Shown: positions 8,429-18,682, numbered from the stretch's first letter. The stretch: DNA of 64,000 nt from an uncultured bacterium (GCA_964426545.1 CAYRQP010000001.1:42322-106321); one strand, 5' to 3'. Numbers and translations: made by a program. The notes: a model not told the origin generated them from the letters alone.

Positions 8429-10225
8429 TTACGAAGAAGCGATTGTTTCCTTGATGACCTCTTCAAAAGTAGTTTCCCCACGTTCGAGTTTCAAAAGTGC
8501 GCCTTCTCGAAGATTAACCATCCCCTTGGCAAGTGCCGCCTTTTCAATCTGAAGAGTGTTCGCATCGCTTTCAATAAGTGTTCGAATCTCCTCATCGATA
8601 GTCATCACTTCAAACAGACCAATTCTGCCCCTGTAACCTGTATTGTTGCAGTTGGAACATCCTGTACCTTCATACAGCGGTATATCCTTGAAACGTTCGG
8701 GGTCGACCTGGGCTTCTACAAAAGCGCTGTCGGGTATATCGACTTCTGTTCTGCACTGCTCACAAACCCTTCTGATAAGCCGCTGCGATGCAATGCAATG
8801 AAGTGAAGTACTGAGCATATAAGGTTCTGTCCCAATATCGATGAGCCTGTTTATCGTACTGGGGGCATCGTTCGTATGTGTTGTGGAAAGCACCAGGTGC
8901 CCTGTCAACGCAGCTCTGATTGCAATTTCACTTGTTTCCTTGTCCCGAATCTCACCAACCATAATTATATCCGGGTCCTGGCGCAGATAGGCTCGAAGAG
9001 CATTGGCAAATGTGAGACCTATCTCCTCTTTCATCTGAACCTGGTTTATACCTTTCAGGTTGAACTCCACCGGGTTTTCAGCGGTCATTATGTTAATGGT
9101 GATATCGTTCAATTCCGTAAGAGCTGAATACAGGGTGGTTGTCTTTCCGCAACCTGTAGGACCGGTAACAAGAACAATCCCGAACGGCCTGGTAATGCCC
9201 TTACGGAATTCTGCGAGAGCAGGCGGTTCAAATCCAAGTTTTTCGAGGTCGAGGACAACGGTGGAGCGGTCCAGAAGCCTGATTTCGACTTTCTCACCAA
9301 ACAGTGTGGGAAGTGTTGCAAGACGCATGTCGACATATCTGTCTCCGACCTTCACCTTCTGCCTGCCGTCCTGCGGCAAATTGTGTTCGGCTATGTCCAT
9401 GCCGCCGAGAATTTTCAGACGGCTGACCATCGCCATCCTGTATTTTCTGCTCGGACGCATTATTTCATGGAGAATCCCGTCTATTCTGAACCTGACCCTC
9501 ACATAGCGCTCAAATGGTTCAAAGTGGATATCACTGGCACCCCTGCGGACTGCATCCGCAATAAGACTGTTTACCAATTTTACAACCGGAGAATCGAAAA
9601 CATCGAGAGCGAGGTCTTCTTCACTGACTTCAACTTCATCCTCATCGCTGACGATCATAGATTCGAACACTTCATTCCCGATGAGCATCTCGTTCACTAT
9701 CTCATCTGAATCTTCTTCTCCACCTTTCACATCGACAATCGAAGTATCTTCTGTACTGCCGACTCTCGAACCTTCTGCATCGACGGGGACTATGGCTTCA
9801 CTTTCCGAATAAAGGCGAGTGAGTGCCCGTTTTACCATACTGGACGCACATATGTGAGCTTCTACTTCCATTCCAAGTGAGAAACGCAGGTCATCAATCG
9901 CAAATAGGTTCTGCGGGTCGGTCATAGCCACAATAAGGGTTTTACCATCGAGTTCGATAGGAATAACTTCGTACCGCCTTGCAATGTCTGCAGGAACAAG
10001 TTCAATTACTTCCGGATCAACATCTATCGTATCAAGGTCTGTACTGGAAATTTTGAGTTGTCTTGCCAGATAATCATTGAGGTCCTTTTCTGAAACAGCT
10101 TCAAGTTGAACGAGATGAAAACCAAGTTTCCCACCGTCGGTCTTCTGAATTTCAAGAGCCTGTTCGAGTTGTTCGTTCGTTATGAGACCGGATTTCAGGA
10201 GTAATTCACCGAGTTTTTCGGCCAT
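8429..10225 (-). CDS. pilB: Type IV pilus extension ATPase, paralogue 1 (N-terminal MshEN-like motif)
   Basis: KLGELLLKSGLITNEQLEQALEIQ, ASDIHFEP, GPTGCGKTTT, LRQDPDIIMVGEIRD, CEQC...CSNC. Confidence 0.92.
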   Translation of the reverse strand: MAEKLGELLLKSGLITNEQLEQALEIQKTDGGKLGFHLVQLEAVSEKDLNDYLARQLKISSTDLDTIDVDPEVIELVPADIARRYEVIPIELDGKTLIVAMTDPQNLFAIDDLRFSLGMEVEAHICASSMVKRALTRLYSESEAIVPVDAEGSRVGSTEDTSIVDVKGGEEDSDEIVNEMLIGNEVFESMIVSDEDEVEVSEEDLALDVFDSPVVKLVNSLIADAVRRGASDIHFEPFERYVRVRFRIDGILHEIMRPSRKYRMAMVSRLKILGGMDIAEHNLPQDGRQKVKVGDRYVDMRLATLPTLFGEKVEIRLLDRSTVVLDLEKLGFEPPALAEFRKGITRPFGIVLVTGPTGCGKTTTLYSALTELNDITINIMTAENPVEFNLKGINQVQMKEEIGLTFANALRAYLRQDPDIIMVGEIRDKETSEIAIRAALTGHLVLSTTHTNDAPSTINRLIDIGTEPYMLSTSLHCIASQRLIRRVCEQCRTEVDIPDSAFVEAQVDPERFKDIPLYEGTGCSNCNNTGYRGRIGLFEVMTIDEEIRTLIESDANTLQIEKAALAKGMVNLREGALLKLERGETTFEEVIKETIASS

Positions 10226-10345
10226 GCAGCCTCCCTTTTAGTTTTTCCGAAAATTAATTCCAAAATAACAATCTTAATATTCGCATATTTTCAAGTATAC
10301 TAACAAGCATATTATAATTATACTATGACATAATAGTAAAGAACA

Positions 10346-13300
10346 CTAAAAGTAGATGGTTACCCAGATATCCATACCTGTATCACGCTGGTCATATTGT
10401 GAATCTACCCTGTCCGTTTTCCAACCGAAAATACCCGTTATTCCGGCTGTAACTGTGCCAAAATCATAGTTCATTGCAGGTTCGATCCTGTACTCTTCCC
10501 TGTCACTTTGAAGCTGGTCACCGTACTCTCCACCTGTGATTTCTGTTTTCTGTCTTGAGCGTGTGATATTCAGGCTCGTCGTAAGGTCACTTGAAAATCG
10601 AATCTGCCATCCGTCTCCAAAGGGAAGCGGAATCGAGAATCCACCCGGCACACTGAAAGAATACTGTATCGAAAATGACAGACTGTTGGTGCTGCTTTTA
10701 GTCTCTGCTTCAGTTCCGGTGAAGTTCTTAGTTACCGTACTGCTCAGGTTATCTGAAAGAGTAACTCTTATTCCATTCTTGAATGTCCCGTTCACACTTA
10801 GAAGAGGATACCAACTGTCAGTCTCTGTTCTGCTATATGGGGTATACACATCATTCTCGAATCTGCCGCTTTCAACAGTTTCGCATCTCATTCCGGAACT
10901 GAGAGTCCCGTTTTGAAGGAAATCGGAAAATCCGGGCAGTCGGTCCAATCCTGACCAGGACATCGTGAAATACGGCCAGGTTACCTGGAGATTCCTGTTC
11001 CAGAAACCGGAGTAGAGGTTCTTGGTCGCATTCGAACTGTATTCAAGCCTGAGTGAAAGCGTCGAAACCGGTCTGAAACCGCCTGAGATCTGATAACTCT
11101 CGGTTCTTGAACGACTATAAGCAACTGCATCTTCGAGTACTGTCTCCATTCCCGTTATATAATCCCACCCGGGCATGAAGTTCATATCCCTGTATTCAGA
11201 ACCTTCTGTCAGCGAATATATAAGTGTTGGATTGGTGATCATGTTTGCCGAGCGTTCGAGTTTAACAAGGAACCAGTGGGGTGTCCATGGAGATGCTTCC
11301 TCATCCAGCCGTTCATCCCGCATACGTGCAATACTACGCAGTGTGTGAATCAAACCAAGTGTTACAGTCAATCTCCCCGTACGTGCTACAGAAAACTGCG
11401 GCGCTCCCAGCGAATCCTTTCCGGATGCGGTATGTGGGGCAAGACGCGAGGACGAGTAGTTGACATCCCAGGATGCTCTGGGTTTCAGATAATCAAAAAG
11501 ATTGATCTCCTGCGACAGTGATATATTCTGACTGCGGCTTATCTCACTGCCGAGATTTACTCCCGTGCCGAATGTCCGGGAAAACAGCAGGTCACGATTC
11601 GAGTTAAGCGAGATGGATGTACTCTGCCCTTTCCAGAAATTAAAGGTCATAGAACCACCTGCAGAGAATGTATTTGCCGTAGTCGACCGCGTTCGTACAG
11701 TATCCCCTGCAGCGTAACTCCAGGATGAGTTCCAACTGTTGTTCCTGCCAAGTGTAAAGGTAAATCTCGTGGGGCGTATCCTGAAAAACTCCAGGACAGG
11801 CAGACTGAACAGCTTCATACTCCTGAAACTAAGATTGTAGGACAGTTGTCCGGAGCCCGAACTGGATGAATCACTTGAAATAGGGCTGTTTCCGATGCTT
11901 CTTGTATACGAATGTACGAATGTGAAAGGATCGAGAAGGTATTTAGCAGCCCAGTTTTCCGAACTGCTGTTTTTCCGCCACTGGAATCCTGTACTCCAGC
12001 TTCTGTTTTGAGTTCTTTCAAGCCATGCTTCTTCATCATCGAGGCGGTAATCCGAACCTGCCTGGAAACGTGGTTCCTTGATATTCAGCGACCAGGCAAA
12101 TGTCGCAGGCATACTGAGCGACCACAGCGGCGGGGTAAATCTATCGAGATTCAACGTAGCTCCGGTGGACACTGTTGTGGTTGCATGTCCCCTGCCTTCT
12201 GAACTTCCAAGCCCGTGAAAATTCGCACTCATGTACCTGTAGTCACCCGAAAGCAGGAGGAGATCCGCAATATCGAAATTCAGAGTTACCCTGTGAGCTG
12301 TTCCTACCTCATTATAGGGGTCGTGAAGCGTAATGTCATCGACCCAGACTTCGGTATTCAGGTATTCACCGGAATCATTGATAATCCCGAGCGTCATTTC
12401 CATTATGCCGGCAAGATTCGGAGAGCCGCGGACGGCAAGATTTCCGCTTTCGTAATAATCGAGCTCCAGTTCGTCCTTCATGAACTTCAGGTCAACCAGG
12501 TCGTCGAATTGAATATCCACAATTTCCCAACCGACGGTTATTTCTGTCCTAATCTCATAGTAATTCAGACTGTCTCTGCCTAATCTGTAAAATGCGCTGC
12601 CGCCGCAGTCGGATTCCCCGTGCACCAGGTACTGCATCGAAGCATAACCTGTATAATCTTCAGTTGTAAACAGATACTTTGTTGCGGAACCGTACTGTCC
12701 TGATCGAAGGTTGACTGTTTTGAGAGCGATGGACTGTTCCATCTTCGGCTCGCCGTATTCATCCTCACCCGGATCAACACCGGGCGGCGGGTCATTGTAA
12801 TAATCGGGATTATCCCTGTTATTCACTGTAGATACAAGAAATTCTTCATTCCCCGGTATGGGAACAACTGTCGAATCGATATTCCGAATGCCGTCAACCT
12901 CCCACTGGTTCCCGACAATAGAGAAGTCATAGACCTGAATGGTATCAGGCTGTACAAAGTTATCGACCCAGATGCGGGCATAGGATATTTTCTCCCAGGT
13001 TGGTTCAGTCGAAACAAAATCAGGAATTGAGACAAGAGCCGAATCAGTCAGGGGAATTTCAATCAGCACCCACCCGAGTTCATTTGGACCTGAAACAATA
13101 TAGTCAGAATCATTGAAAGGGATTTCAACTCTGAAGAAAGAGTTGGATGTGTCGAGAACACCATTCCCGTTCAGATCCTCCGTATTGAGTACCCTATTGA
13201 CTTCTGTGCCGTTTATCTTTTCATATCTTTCGCTGGGCGGAAGACTGCCGTCATAGAAGTAATCATCTAGATTCGGGTCAGGCTCAGGTGAACCGGGAAG

Positions 13301-15946
13301 TTCTTCAACACTGAAGAGATTATCCAATCCGGTGTCCTCGTCATCTGAGAGAACGCCGTTATGATTCAGGTCTTCCGTATCGAGTTCGCCGTTGCATCTT
13401 CTGTCAAGTTCTCCTGCAGTTCGTTCGAGCCAGTATGAATCCTCATTTATCCACTCACCAAGATCGATATACATCGAAGCATCCTGAGCACATCCCGCAG
13501 TTCTGACATACAACCGAATGTGTGTCTTTTTGGAGAAGTTAGATCCATACTTATCGAAGCACCGCATCACACCGCCCCAGGATGAATAGTTATTGTTGTC
13601 GGGTTCAAAATAAAACTCGAGGACTCCGTTCACCCATTCTTCTCCTGCATTTCCGGAAACTTCGGGGACTATGTCTTGAAGTCTCCAACGGTTTTCTGTG
13701 TTGTACCATCGTAAATCTCCAGGCGGGAACAGCTCCGGTGAAGCGTAATAGGGAATCCCCGACAGATGCCAGCTGCCCCTGCTCTGACCGAAAGGAAATG
13801 AACTTTCCGCACCCTCCATGTCATCGACATAGATAAATCCGTCTATATTCGTGTTGGGTACACTCAATGCAACTTCGCTCGAAAGTATTATTCTGCTTTC
13901 AGCTTCTGTACATATTCCGGGAATTACATTTGCAAAGTCAGTCAGAAACTCTGGATGCGTCTCGAGATGAATATCCAGATCAGCAACAAATGTCCTTGTG
14001 TTCTCATCTCCGAGAGTCGGTCTGTCACCCGGTGTCGAAGTGCTTTCAAACATTGCAGTAGCACCAATCCAAGAATCACTGCCGACATTGTACTTTATAC
14101 GGGTACCGAACAGCATTCGGTTCATCGAAGCAAACAGAGGTATATATTCGAAAGTCACTCTTAGGGTATTTGCCGGGTTCTGTGCTAGTTCTGCCGCTTC
14201 TCCGATAAGAGTCAGCGTTCCGATCTCATAGATAATCGTATAATCGACATTACGCACAAGTGTTTGTGCAACCCCCGCCACAGTCAGTATTACGGTTTCA
14301 GAATTCGGAATAATAGACATCCTGCCGAGTGAATATGTTGTAGATGCTGCTCTGTAACTTACCTTTATGAAGTACATGCTCTGTGCCGGAAGCGGGTCTC
14401 GCTCATCATATATTGCAGGATTTCGCTCCTCGAGAATAGGATCGTCGAACGGTCGGATCTCCGGAAAGATGAGAAACCCCTTCTCCCAGTCCACAGCAAC
14501 CGCTTCATCCTGTAGAGTACCGTCTCCGTTTGTATCGAGTCCGAGCAGTTCGATAAAGGGAACGCCACCCTGCGACTGAACAGGTTCTTCCCCTGCTCTT
14601 GTAAGATATATACCGCACTCGAAACTGCTCTGTACGATTTTATTGGACCCGAGAAAATACCTGTTGCGAAGTTCATAGCTCCAGGTTGCATATGATGGAA
14701 GCGGGTTGCTCTGCTTAATGAGTTTCAGTTCCCAGCTTCCCGATACATTGCCTGTCGTATCTCCGTCTGCATCCACCATCCAGATTGCGATCATGTAGTT
14801 ATCGCTGACCGGTGAATCAAACTGGATTACAGTGGAAGAGTCGGTCAGTATGAAATCCTTGTCCTGTCCGGCTATCTGCTCATCCCAGTTCCCGGTGCCC
14901 CACAATGTATCACCGGGAGACTCAGGGACGAACCAGGTTGCTTCAACAGCACCTGTCTCTTCATTGTTCGAACCGTCCAGATCATCGATGAACACCCTTA
15001 TAGAAACAATCTCTTCAGGCACAAGTGAGTCCGGGACAGTAAGAAAGAAGTAGTTGTCGGCCGGATTGATGTCGAGAATGGAGTCTTCCTCCATCGTTGC
15101 CTGACCTACGAAATCAGATGACTCAGTTGCTCCTGCCTCCTTGCTTGCGATCAGTGTTATATCAACAGGACCAATCTGCCCTAGAACTTTCGCACCGAAC
15201 AGCCCGTTATGCGGTATGCTGTAGGAGACAAATTCAGGTCCCTGAATCGAAAGGCTGACATCACCGAGGTCGACTACCTGGACGATCTCATCATCATCTC
15301 CGTCATATGTCAACCGTACTGTACTCTCCGGGGTCAATTCCCGCTCGCTGTCGTGGTCGACGCTTACATGAATCTTCTCACCTATAGTACCATCGAGGTT
15401 GACGCTGAGCACCTGTTCCATCTTCAGGTCGGGGAAAAGTGACTGGCTTCCGCCTTCATATTCGACCATGTTCGGGCGGTAATGCGTAATGCCTGACAGT
15501 GTCAGTTTCTGGTATCCGCTTATATCGAGCTGCCCGCCTTCTCCTATAGCGTCCGCAAGTACATCAGGCATATCCAGCGGAAGATAAATCGTTGGGATGA
15601 GATCACCTCCACCGATACTTGTCCGAAGGCAGAAGGATCTGTTGACATCCAGCCAGCTTTCGCGCAGTGACCAATTCATAATACGGACATTTATCGAATC
15701 ACTCGAAGATGAATAGGTTCTGCCTATCGGTATTCCATTCCGGAACATCCGCCAGGAAAACAGTCTTTCCCGTATCGAGGGAATCAGATGAAAAGTCACT
15801 TGAGATGAGTACAGGGTAAAAACAGGGGGTTCTTCACCGTAGGTGTAGTCAGAGAGAAGCCACGGAGAATGTACTCCCGCAGAGGCTGCAGTACCCGCAG
15901 GTAAATACAGCAGACAAACAAGGAGAAGAAGTGACTTTATTTTCAC
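10346..15946 (-). CDS. sprA: SprA/Sov-like large outer-membrane beta-barrel (T9SS translocon family)
   Basis: Signal peptide after GTG 15946 (ORF track starts at 16003). SprA-like blocks GTIGEKIHVSVDHD, LTYDGDDDEIVQ, GLFGAK, YVDDMEG, WGGVMR, LDTEDLN..NG..EDTGLD, VWVDDI. Alternating beta-strand C-terminal half ending in Phe (WVTIYF). Confidence 0.78.
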   Translation of the reverse strand: MKIKSLLLLVCLLYLPAGTAASAGVHSPWLLSDYTYGEEPPVFTLYSSQVTFHLIPSIRERLFSWRMFRNGIPIGRTYSSSSDSINVRIMNWSLRESWLDVNRSFCLRTSIGGGDLIPTIYLPLDMPDVLADAIGEGGQLDISGYQKLTLSGITHYRPNMVEYEGGSQSLFPDLKMEQVLSVNLDGTIGEKIHVSVDHDSERELTPESTVRLTYDGDDDEIVQVVDLGDVSLSIQGPEFVSYSIPHNGLFGAKVLGQIGPVDITLIASKEAGATESSDFVGQATMEEDSILDINPADNYFFLTVPDSLVPEEIVSIRVFIDDLDGSNNEETGAVEATWFVPESPGDTLWGTGNWDEQIAGQDKDFILTDSSTVIQFDSPVSDNYMIAIWMVDADGDTTGNVSGSWELKLIKQSNPLPSYATWSYELRNRYFLGSNKIVQSSFECGIYLTRAGEEPVQSQGGVPFIELLGLDTNGDGTLQDEAVAVDWEKGFLIFPEIRPFDDPILEERNPAIYDERDPLPAQSMYFIKVSYRAASTTYSLGRMSIIPNSETVILTVAGVAQTLVRNVDYTIIYEIGTLTLIGEAAELAQNPANTLRVTFEYIPLFASMNRMLFGTRIKYNVGSDSWIGATAMFESTSTPGDRPTLGDENTRTFVADLDIHLETHPEFLTDFANVIPGICTEAESRIILSSEVALSVPNTNIDGFIYVDDMEGAESSFPFGQSRGSWHLSGIPYYASPELFPPGDLRWYNTENRWRLQDIVPEVSGNAGEEWVNGVLEFYFEPDNNNYSSWGGVMRCFDKYGSNFSKKTHIRLYVRTAGCAQDASMYIDLGEWINEDSYWLERTAGELDRRCNGELDTEDLNHNGVLSDDEDTGLDNLFSVEELPGSPEPDPNLDDYFYDGSLPPSERYEKINGTEVNRVLNTEDLNGNGVLDTSNSFFRVEIPFNDSDYIVSGPNELGWVLIEIPLTDSALVSIPDFVSTEPTWEKISYARIWVDNFVQPDTIQVYDFSIVGNQWEVDGIRNIDSTVVPIPGNEEFLVSTVNNRDNPDYYNDPPPGVDPGEDEYGEPKMEQSIALKTVNLRSGQYGSATKYLFTTEDYTGYASMQYLVHGESDCGGSAFYRLGRDSLNYYEIRTEITVGWEIVDIQFDDLVDLKFMKDELELDYYESGNLAVRGSPNLAGIMEMTLGIINDSGEYLNTEVWVDDITLHDPYNEVGTAHRVTLNFDIADLLLLSGDYRYMSANFHGLGSSEGRGHATTTVSTGATLNLDRFTPPLWSLSMPATFAWSLNIKEPRFQAGSDYRLDDEEAWLERTQNRSWSTGFQWRKNSSSENWAAKYLLDPFTFVHSYTRSIGNSPISSDSSSSGSGQLSYNLSFRSMKLFSLPVLEFFRIRPTRFTFTLGRNNSWNSSWSYAAGDTVRTRSTTANTFSAGGSMTFNFWKGQSTSISLNSNRDLLFSRTFGTGVNLGSEISRSQNISLSQEINLFDYLKPRASWDVNYSSSRLAPHTASGKDSLGAPQFSVARTGRLTVTLGLIHTLRSIARMRDERLDEEASPWTPHWFLVKLERSANMITNPTLIYSLTEGSEYRDMNFMPGWDYITGMETVLEDAVAYSRSRTESYQISGGFRPVSTLSLRLEYSSNATKNLYSGFWNRNLQVTWPYFTMSWSGLDRLPGFSDFLQNGTLSSGMRCETVESGRFENDVYTPYSRTETDSWYPLLSVNGTFKNGIRVTLSDNLSSTVTKNFTGTEAETKSSTNSLSFSIQYSFSVPGGFSIPLPFGDGWQIRFSSDLTTSLNITRSRQKTEITGGEYGDQLQSDREEYRIEPAMNYDFGTVTAGITGIFGWKTDRVDSQYDQRDTGMDIWVTIYF

Positions 15947-16063
15947 ACTAATTAATACTCTCTGAAAGACAAACTGTTCCAGAATGTTAAAGGAACATAT
16001 CAATGCTAAGTATTATAATTATATTATCTGTGAAATTGTAATCAACATCTGCACAGGAATGAA

Positions 16064-17452
16064 ATGAAAAAACTTCAGTTTTATGTCATCCGTGAGTTCA
16101 TCCCCCCATTTCTGCTTTCAGTCGGGATATTCACATTCATAATGCTTCTGGACAAGATTCTCGACCTGCTGGACATGATCGTCAGCAAGGGAGTTCCGAT
16201 ACGTACAGTGGCGGAGGTTTTCTTCCTACTGCTTCCGTCCATAATGGCTGTTGTGATTCCCATGGCGGTACTTGCAGGAGTACTTATGGCAATAGGCAGA
16301 ATGAGCGGTGACCTCGAAGTAACTGCCATGAAGGCATCCGGAATCAGTATCTTTGCACTGATAAGACCGCTGATGATAACTGCCATGATTCTGTGCGGTT
16401 TGATGATCTATTTCAATAACGAAGTACTTCCTGACGCAAATCACTTCGCCAAGAATCTCATGCTCGATATCGGTCAGATGAAACCATCTGCCAAGATAAT
16501 CCCCGGTGTGTTTGTCGAAGATATAGACAACTACAGAATACTCGTTGAAGGGAAAGATGATATTACCGGAGAACTTACAGACATTCTTATTCATGAGAAC
16601 ATTCCGGGAAATACGCCGAGAACCATCACCGCCGAAACCGGGATACTCGAACCTGTTTCAGCCAATCGTTTCAAACTTACTCTCCATGATGGTGAGATGC
16701 ATGAAATGACTGATGAAAGTGAATACAGACTAATTAAATTCGAGGTATATTCCATGCAGTTAACGCGTTCGGGTGAACTTACAAGACAGGAACGAGACAA
16801 TCGGGGAGACAGGGAACTCTCTGCTGCACAGATGAAATCCAGGGTAGATTCTCTTCAAACAGAGGTGAACTCACTTGAGGATTCCCTCAGAGTGCTCTCG
16901 GTTGAGTTCATCATTCGCGAGGACTCCGGCATTACATCTACCGATGGGGAAACTTCTGCTGACCCGACAGATCCCCGTATAGGATACAACCGATCCCGCA
17001 ATACGCTTTCAACCCGGGCCTCGAACATGAGAATGCTTCTGGACAGGAAACTGTCATATGAAAGGAGTATCTACAGATTCAGAGTGGAGATCGAGAAGAA
17101 ATACTCCATTCCCTTCGCCTGTCTCGTCTTCGTACTTCTCGCAATTCCGCTTGCTCTTTCTACAAGAAGAGGAAGTGCCGCAATTGCACTCGGTGTCAGT
17201 CTCATGGTGATTGTACTGTACTACTTTTTCCTTACCTGGGGCGAATACTATGCAGACAGGGGAATGGTCTCACCGTTCATCGCGATGTGGCTTCCAAATA
17301 TGGTCTTCGGTGCTTTGGGAATAATCCTAACAGTCCGCAGCCTTCATGAAGGCAACCCAATTCCCCTGCAGAGTGTTACAGAACGCTTTCAAATATTCAG
17401 AAGACTTTTGTCGCGCTCAAAACATGCACACAAACCGGAGTCAGACAAGTGA
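16064..17452 (+). CDS. lptF: LPS export ABC permease LptF
   Basis: YjgP/YjgQ family: GRMSGDLEVTAMKASGIS, periplasmic jelly-roll region, EKKYSIPFACLVF, AMWLPN. Confidence 0.85.
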   Translation: MKKLQFYVIREFIPPFLLSVGIFTFIMLLDKILDLLDMIVSKGVPIRTVAEVFFLLLPSIMAVVIPMAVLAGVLMAIGRMSGDLEVTAMKASGISIFALIRPLMITAMILCGLMIYFNNEVLPDANHFAKNLMLDIGQMKPSAKIIPGVFVEDIDNYRILVEGKDDITGELTDILIHENIPGNTPRTITAETGILEPVSANRFKLTLHDGEMHEMTDESEYRLIKFEVYSMQLTRSGELTRQERDNRGDRELSAAQMKSRVDSLQTEVNSLEDSLRVLSVEFIIREDSGITSTDGETSADPTDPRIGYNRSRNTLSTRASNMRMLLDRKLSYERSIYRFRVEIEKKYSIPFACLVFVLLAIPLALSTRRGSAAIALGVSLMVIVLYYFFLTWGEYYADRGMVSPFIAMWLPNMVFGALGIILTVRSLHEGNPIPLQSVTERFQIFRRLLSRSKHAHKPESDK

Positions 17453-18543
17453 TAGGCAGAAAAATCGACCGATACATTGCCGGGAGATTCTGCAGAATTA
17501 TCCTCCTTGCTATCGTGTCCTTCGTAGTAATATTCGTATGCGTTGATGCCTTCGATAATTTCCGACGGTGGGCAGGTAACGATGTATCTACTTTGACTTT
17601 CCTAAAGTACTATGCGTATGGGCTCCCCTATATCATCGTTCTCATCCTCCCGATTGCTGTTCTTCTGGGGTCGCTGTTCCTTGTTTCTTCTCTTTCGAGA
17701 AATAGTGAGTTATTGGCAATGAGAACCGCCGGTATCAGTATACCGAGGATTTTCCTTCCACTTCTTCTCGTAGGCGTTCTTGCGTCTGTTTTCGAACTTG
17801 GAATCGGTGATTTTGTAGTAGCGGACGCACAGCACAGACAATCGGTTGTAAGACGGGTCGAAATCGAAGGGCATGAAGACATCGATTACTCGAACCGGAG
17901 TAATTTTGCATACAGGTCTCCCGGTGGTGCCGTCCTGGATATAAGTTTTTTCAATGAAGAAGCAAAGACAATGACAAGTGTCACTACAGAGTGGTTCGAT
18001 GACAGCTCCTGTGTCATAAAACGGGTCGACGCGGAACGACTTGAGTGGCAGGATTCCTGCTGGGTAGCTTTCAATGTAACCCGGAGGATCTTCGAATCCG
18101 ATGGCAGGATTTCTTTCTTGCAGCTTGATTCGCTACCCCTTGACGTTACAGTTCCTCCCGAACTCATTGCAAGACGCCAAAAGCCTTCTGAAGAGATGAA
18201 TATCTTCGAACTCCATTCTTATATCGAATATGAACGCTCTGCGGGAGGTGATGTGAGGAGCGGACTCGTGGAACTCTATCTCAAGTTCCTGTTCCCGCTT
18301 TCGAACATCATCATGGTTCTTGTCGGAGCTCCGCTTGCGCTTCGCAGGTCTAAGAGCGGAAAGGCATCGAGTTTCGGCATTGCAATAGCACTTGCTTTTG
18401 TTTTCTTCTTCCTGCTCAGGCTTGGACAAAGCCTCGGCTACAAGGGTATCCTCCCGCCTTTCATCGCGGCGTCCCTCGCTGAAGCCATCTTCCTGGTCTT
18501 CGGCCTTTTCCTGCTCTTCCGAGCCTCCCGCCACAGCACCTAA
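17449..18543 (+). CDS. lptG: LPS export ABC permease LptG
   Basis: IDRYI, SRNSELLAMRTAGIS, PSEEMN, KFLFPL; 4-nt overlap with lptF. Confidence 0.85.
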   Translation: MIGRKIDRYIAGRFCRIILLAIVSFVVIFVCVDAFDNFRRWAGNDVSTLTFLKYYAYGLPYIIVLILPIAVLLGSLFLVSSLSRNSELLAMRTAGISIPRIFLPLLLVGVLASVFELGIGDFVVADAQHRQSVVRRVEIEGHEDIDYSNRSNFAYRSPGGAVLDISFFNEEAKTMTSVTTEWFDDSSCVIKRVDAERLEWQDSCWVAFNVTRRIFESDGRISFLQLDSLPLDVTVPPELIARRQKPSEEMNIFELHSYIEYERSAGGDVRSGLVELYLKFLFPLSNIIMVLVGAPLALRRSKSGKASSFGIAIALAFVFFFLLRLGQSLGYKGILPPFIAASLAEAIFLVFGLFLLFRASRHST

Positions 18544-18546
18544 CCC

Positions 18547-18682
18547 GGTACCGTACGTCACTTCGTCCACTTAGTTGGCAGGAATAACAAATTATATTCG
18601 TATAAATTGTAGGTGTAGTATTTTACATATACTATTTTTCATTATAGTGGTCAACTAAGTGGACGAAGTGACGTACGGTACC
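18547..18682. repeat. Perfect 31-bp inverted repeat around a 74-nt AT-rich spacer (REPIN/MITE-like, family D)
   Basis: GGTACCGTACGTCACTTCGTCCACTTAGTTG (18547-18577) and its exact reverse complement (18652-18682). Confidence 0.9.

Noticed and set aside
18133-18574. ORFs 18133-18570 (-) and 18392-18574 (+)
   Set aside because: They overlap lptG and the inverted repeat; by-products of the locally GC-rich codons.
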